Shown: positions 31,116-35,158 of the stretch, in pieces
Layout of the letters: the number at the start of each line of letters is the position of its first letter
Position numbering within the stretch: position 1 is the first letter of the stretch
Virus record (IMG/VR): IMGVR_UViG_3300000176_000003
Location: 64,001-99,158 of that record
Source of the DNA: a virus
Lineage: Duplodnaviria > Heunggongvirae > Uroviricota > Caudoviricetes
Reading direction: 5' to 3' (one strand)
DNA length: 35,158 bases
The notes under the pieces: generated by a model
The model's input: only the letters and a program-made list of their open reading frames with translations
The model's database searches: none
Told to the model about the DNA's origin: nothing
Position numbers and translations under genes: made by a program

Positions 31116-33157
31116 TATTTATTTCTATTCTTAAATTCGTTCTCTTTAGCAATCTGGCGAAGGTTTAACTTTTGTTCCATGATATCACGAATTGCACTTT
31201 CTACCGCTGGCATACGCATAGCCGCTGAAGCTGGGGTTACTACTCGTGTTTCTTCTGTCATGGTTTCCTCATTACGTAATTTAGCTAAATCGGCTGAGTC
31301 AATTTTGTTTGGATTTCCAGCAATGCTTGCAATCTTTTGTTGTCCAGGAGAAAGTTTCTTACCGCCAGCACCATATCTTTTTGAATATTCGTTATAACTA
31401 GCTGAACCAGTAGAAATCTTTTCATCTACTCGTTCTACTTCTTCTTTGACGGAATGTACCTTTCCGTTAATAACTCTGTTGTGACGAATATTGTGATGTG
31501 CAGTATCCGTAGCCTCTTCACGACCTTCTTTACCAGAACCATGATAAGATACGGGACCTTCGCCTAAATGCTTATTGTTATGGTAATGATGTACTGAATG
31601 TTCTTGCCATTCTGGATTATAACGAACTTCTGTATGATATCCGTCTTTACCCTCATGCTTTGAAATCAAACGAGTGCCAGTAATTGGAGAAGCCTTTGCT
31701 TCTGATACGGCTTCTACTTCTTCTTTGGTAAGCTTGTTAGTAGCCATTCTAATTCCTTTATGACGACGCCCAATCTTTTGATCTGAGTCCTTGGAATACT
31801 TAGCCATATTTGATGCATCACCAGCAGACTTTCTGATATAGGAACCCATAGTTACCTTTGATAGTTCGTCTACTTGTTCTACTTCTTCCTTTTTAAGTTT
31901 ACCCGACATATAATCAGCCACAGTATCTAGTTGGTCGGCTCCGTTAGTAATCTTTGATTGAACCCAGGCTGGGAGTTGTGTTTTATCTTTTATTTTTTTA
32001 TTTAAAGTTTTAATAGCACGATCTGCTGTTGACATTTGGTTCTTTGCCATCGATCCTTCTTCGTCGGCATCTCCGTCAGAAAGATGTTCTAGATTATACT
32101 CATATCCTTCATGTACTTCATCTCTATGATGAGATTCCCAATGAGAAGCGGCTTGTTTTCTTACATGAGTGGGGAACATTTGATGCCATGGTGTTCCGTC
32201 ACCATGTTCCTTTGCGTAGCTCTGTGCGGCTTTATCGGCGTGGTAACCCCATAGAGTCTTTGCCTTTGCTGCATCATACTTACCAGCTTTAGCTTTTCTA
32301 CGAAGATTTTTAGTAATTGGTTCATGTGATGACTTATGGAGGGTTGGATGATTATCAGCATGATAGATTAGTTCATGTGCTTCGTGCGAAAGTTCTTCGT
32401 TCACTTTTGTTTGTGAAGTTTCATTTGGTGGACGCTTCTTTCCATTAGGATAATATCTCTTTATATATGCATCATAACTAGATTGGCCAGTATTTTTTGC
32501 TTCGTTTACATATTTTTCAGCAGCAGCCTTTGCGTCATCGTGTGATGCATGTAAAGTAGTTTCCTTATCACCATGATAATATACTGAGTGAGGAAGCCAA
32601 TCGCCGCCATGATGGGCTGTAGCTTTTTTACCACCTTTTTCAAATACAACGGGCTTTGGCTTCTTAGCTTCGTCTAGTTCAGTTTCTTCGCTTGTAGTCT
32701 TAGGTTCATCTTTAACCTTCTTAAGAGCAGGAGGACCACCCATTGTTTCGTAATCAGCCTTGCGTTGATATGCTGGCTTGTCAAAATCCTTATCCCCAGG
32801 CTTACGCATCCAAGGCTTTAGGTCTTCTTCGACTTCATTTTCTTCTTTAGACAACTTAGTTGCCGCAGTAAAAATACCAACACCTCTTTTATTTACAATG
32901 TTACTCAGTTTTCTTGAATGTTTGCTGGACAACTTTTCTGTATTTGATCCTTGGTCATAACCAGTGTCATATAGATGTGTAGCAGCCTTTTTTACATAAT
33001 TACCCAGTGTCTTCTTAGACAATTCTGAAAGGTTCATATCACGAACAATTCCATGCTCGAACATTACGTCGGCAGAAACCATATTGCCAGATTCATCTAG
33101 CTTTTCTGTAGAATTAATAGTTTGGCCTTCACCAAATTTTTCGTGAAATACTTTCAT
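31115..33157 (-). CDS. Modular late protein, candidate gp21-processed internal-head polyprotein
   Basis: Basic and His-rich modules separated by acidic linkers ending in [LV]xE; own late promoter. Confidence 0.6.
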   Translation of the reverse strand: MKVFHEKFGEGQTINSTEKLDESGNMVSADVMFEHGIVRDMNLSELSKKTLGNYVKKAATHLYDTGYDQGSNTEKLSSKHSRKLSNIVNKRGVGIFTAATKLSKEENEVEEDLKPWMRKPGDKDFDKPAYQRKADYETMGGPPALKKVKDEPKTTSEETELDEAKKPKPVVFEKGGKKATAHHGGDWLPHSVYYHGDKETTLHASHDDAKAAAEKYVNEAKNTGQSSYDAYIKRYYPNGKKRPPNETSQTKVNEELSHEAHELIYHADNHPTLHKSSHEPITKNLRRKAKAGKYDAAKAKTLWGYHADKAAQSYAKEHGDGTPWHQMFPTHVRKQAASHWESHHRDEVHEGYEYNLEHLSDGDADEEGSMAKNQMSTADRAIKTLNKKIKDKTQLPAWVQSKITNGADQLDTVADYMSGKLKKEEVEQVDELSKVTMGSYIRKSAGDASNMAKYSKDSDQKIGRRHKGIRMATNKLTKEEVEAVSEAKASPITGTRLISKHEGKDGYHTEVRYNPEWQEHSVHHYHNNKHLGEGPVSYHGSGKEGREEATDTAHHNIRHNRVINGKVHSVKEEVERVDEKISTGSASYNEYSKRYGAGGKKLSPGQQKIASIAGNPNKIDSADLAKLRNEETMTEETRVVTPASAAMRMPAVESAIRDIMEQKLNLRQIAKENEFKNRNK

Positions 33158-33189
33158 TTTGTCTTCTCCAATAGAATAATTGTTCTTAT

Positions 33190-33197
33190 TATTTATA
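33190..33197 (-). promoter_or_regulatory. T4-type late promoter
   Basis: Exact TATAAATA upstream of the GGAG RBS of 33157. Confidence 0.75.
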
Positions 33198-33199
33198 AA

Positions 33200-33640
33200 T
33201 TAATGTTTTGCAATAGATGACTTTAGCATCCAACCAAGTTTCTTATGAGCATCAATTCGATCCTGTAAGAAGTTACATAGACCCAATTCTTTTGCGTTTT
33301 CGCTTTCGTAATATGCAACTGTTAATGAATCGATTACTGTATTGTTGTCTTTAAGAAGTCTTTCAACACAAGTTAAAGCGGGAACAACAGTAAGTTCGTC
33401 TTCAATATTTGTCAGTTCTTTATATCTACCTAAAGCAGCAGGTGCATATTCTCCAATAGAACGAATGTGTTCTGCAATAGGATCTACTGCTTCCCACAAA
33501 TCATTATAGATTTTTTCAAAAAATCCGTGATATTCATAAAAGTCTGGACCTTCAATATTCCAGTGATAGTTGTGGCTTTTTAGATACATAGCAAATGTAT
33601 CAGCTAGAACTACTTTCATTTTGTCGCCTAGAATTGACAT
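33200..33640 (-). CDS. dps: Dps/ferritin-like DNA-protection protein
   Basis: HNYHWNIEG.DF..YH.FFE..Y...D.IAEHIR motif and W(M)L at the C-terminus. Confidence 0.9.
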   Translation of the reverse strand: MSILGDKMKVVLADTFAMYLKSHNYHWNIEGPDFYEYHGFFEKIYNDLWEAVDPIAEHIRSIGEYAPAALGRYKELTNIEDELTVVPALTCVERLLKDNNTVIDSLTVAYYESENAKELGLCNFLQDRIDAHKKLGWMLKSSIAKH

Positions 33641-34992
33641 TATCTACATCTCCATCTTTTTAAGGACATCGCCTTGCGAGTAGGACGACCCATATCATCT
33701 TTCATTGGACCTTCCATACCAGACATACGAGCACAGAATGATTTACGTCTCTTAGCAGCCTTTGATCCTGGTTCTGCATTACCAGTAACAGCCGTTTTTA
33801 ATTTTGATCCTGGATGTTTCGCTCTATAATGAGCTACACCCTTTCTCGTCATTCCAGCACCTTTTTCTGTAGGACGGAAATCGCCTTTAGAATCTGCACC
33901 ACGTTCCTCAAGATTTTCTAATTCTTCAGCTTGATGCTTAAAGTATTGGACTTCTTTTTCTCGCTTTTCAGCACCGGCTTTTGTTGGATATGTTCCAAGA
34001 TTCTTTCCTGAACTCTTTGAAACCAACCGATACTCATTTCCTACTCTGACGATATGTTCATTAAATCTAATTTCTTCTGTCTGAGAATCCTTTAAATCTT
34101 CTTGAGAAGGAGCGCCCTTTGATCCTGGCTTACGCATATGTTCTCCAGAACCATGCTTAATTCTTTCTTGTTTGGCATGAATATTATCCCAAAGTCCGCG
34201 GTTTTCTTCTAGATCAGTTTCTTCTACTGTAGATACCTGCGGTACAGTCTTCATTTTTTTCTTAGGCATCGTTACTGGAGGGACAGATGCATTCGTATCA
34301 GTATAAGCAGAAGGCTTACTATCTGCAGGACCAACACTTGGTTCACCAAACATTCCCGCTTCATTAACTTCTGGTACACTCTTCTTCAATTTCTTTTTTT
34401 CTGGGGGCAATTCTCCGGGAGGACCAGCACCAGGAACTTGAACTGGAGTTGGTACGGAAGACCCCGGATCGTATCCAAATTCTTCTCTAAACTTCTTTAA
34501 CTTAATGGATTTGCGTCTTCTTAATTGAAGATCAATATCTTTATCAGGCCTTTCCAGATCAATATCTCTACCAATATCTACTGGGCCTTTGCCGTCTACC
34601 ATATCCCCTCTTTGGAAGAGAGTTGGTACAACATGTTCGTATGGGTTTTGTGCCATATCAGCAGGAAGATTGTCTGAATCTGTTGTAACCTTTTTGGTTT
34701 TATATTGTTTTGCGATCTCTCTGCCTTCTTGATCTTCTCTTTTTGATGCTTGGATTTGTTTATTTTTTACGACATCCAAATTTTTCTGTCTTTGATCAAA
34801 AGATTTATTTGTGCGCTTAGTCATAATTTCTTGCGGTGTTTCTACGCCCGTAGAATGAAGAGCAATTTGTTCAGCAAGTTTTCCTGTACTAGCATTTATT
34901 ACAATTTGATCGGCCACTTCTCCAGTAGCAGTTAGTTTTCCACCTTTAGAAAATTCTAACTTTGCTTTAATTACGTCTAATAAACTGCCCAT
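33640..34992 (-). CDS. Modular late protein, candidate internal-head polyprotein
   Basis: Modules GLWDNIHAK..., HIVRVG...KNLGTY and RRKSFCARM...LKRWRC, separated by xxEE/[LV]xE linkers. Confidence 0.6.
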   Translation of the reverse strand: MGSLLDVIKAKLEFSKGGKLTATGEVADQIVINASTGKLAEQIALHSTGVETPQEIMTKRTNKSFDQRQKNLDVVKNKQIQASKREDQEGREIAKQYKTKKVTTDSDNLPADMAQNPYEHVVPTLFQRGDMVDGKGPVDIGRDIDLERPDKDIDLQLRRRKSIKLKKFREEFGYDPGSSVPTPVQVPGAGPPGELPPEKKKLKKSVPEVNEAGMFGEPSVGPADSKPSAYTDTNASVPPVTMPKKKMKTVPQVSTVEETDLEENRGLWDNIHAKQERIKHGSGEHMRKPGSKGAPSQEDLKDSQTEEIRFNEHIVRVGNEYRLVSKSSGKNLGTYPTKAGAEKREKEVQYFKHQAEELENLEERGADSKGDFRPTEKGAGMTRKGVAHYRAKHPGSKLKTAVTGNAEPGSKAAKRRKSFCARMSGMEGPMKDDMGRPTRKAMSLKRWRCR

Positions 34993-35016
34993 ATGATTCC
35001 TCGATTAGTTTTCTTA

Positions 35017-35024
35017 TATTTATA
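35017..35024 (-). promoter_or_regulatory. T4-type late promoter
   Basis: Exact TATAAATA upstream of ORF 34992. Confidence 0.75.
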
Positions 35025-35030
35025 TTAATA

Positions 35031-35156
35031 TTAAAGATGTGATTTTTTGAAGAATTTTGCATGAAATGCAGCATGTATCTGTTTGATTTGATTAGTTCTC
35101 TTATCAGAATCTTCTATATTAGCATTTAGATAACGAAGAGTTTCGTCTCCAGACGC
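35031..35156 (-). CDS. 3' end of an ORF extending beyond the window
   Basis: Open frame ASGDETLRYLN...FFKKSHL-stop running from the window edge. Confidence 0.45.
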   Translation of the reverse strand, partial: ASGDETLRYLNANIEDSDKRTNQIKQIHAAFHAKFFKKSHL

Positions 35157-35158
35157 AC

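Noticed and set aside
1-35158. tRNA, rRNA, CRISPR arrays, IS elements
   Set aside because: Intergenic gaps are short. I saw no cloverleaf, regularly spaced repeat-spacer pattern, transposase or terminal inverted repeat by eye.

Overview
35 kb segment of a T4-like (Tevenvirus-like) myophage genome. The + strand carries the late morphogenesis block: terminase gp17, sheath gp18, tube gp19, portal gp20, core proteins, protease gp21, scaffold gp22 and capsid gp23, with T4-type TATAAATA late promoters. The - strand carries a Hef-like endonuclease, nucleotide-metabolism genes (metallophosphoesterase, dCMP deaminase, MazG-like, nrdA/nrdB, thyX), primase gp61, a GH19 endolysin-holin-Rz/Rz1 lysis cassette, Dps and two modular late proteins. 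The striking feature is that two essential genes are fractured. TerL is in at least 3 polypeptides, joined by two atypically split inteins plus one cis LAGLIDADG intein. NrdA is in 3 polypeptides: one joint is a split intein whose N-half is only 13 aa, the other is an intein-free break with oppositely charged tails. Each break is filled by a homing-endonuclease ORF or its remnant, overlapping the next fragment in a stereotyped way. Footprints of target duplication are visible: an out-of-frame SQGGVR copy in nrdA, and the NrdB C-terminal tail fused to a GIY-YIG nuclease. All family assignments come from motif recognition without database searches. Residue numbers from T4 and E. coli are recalled, not aligned.
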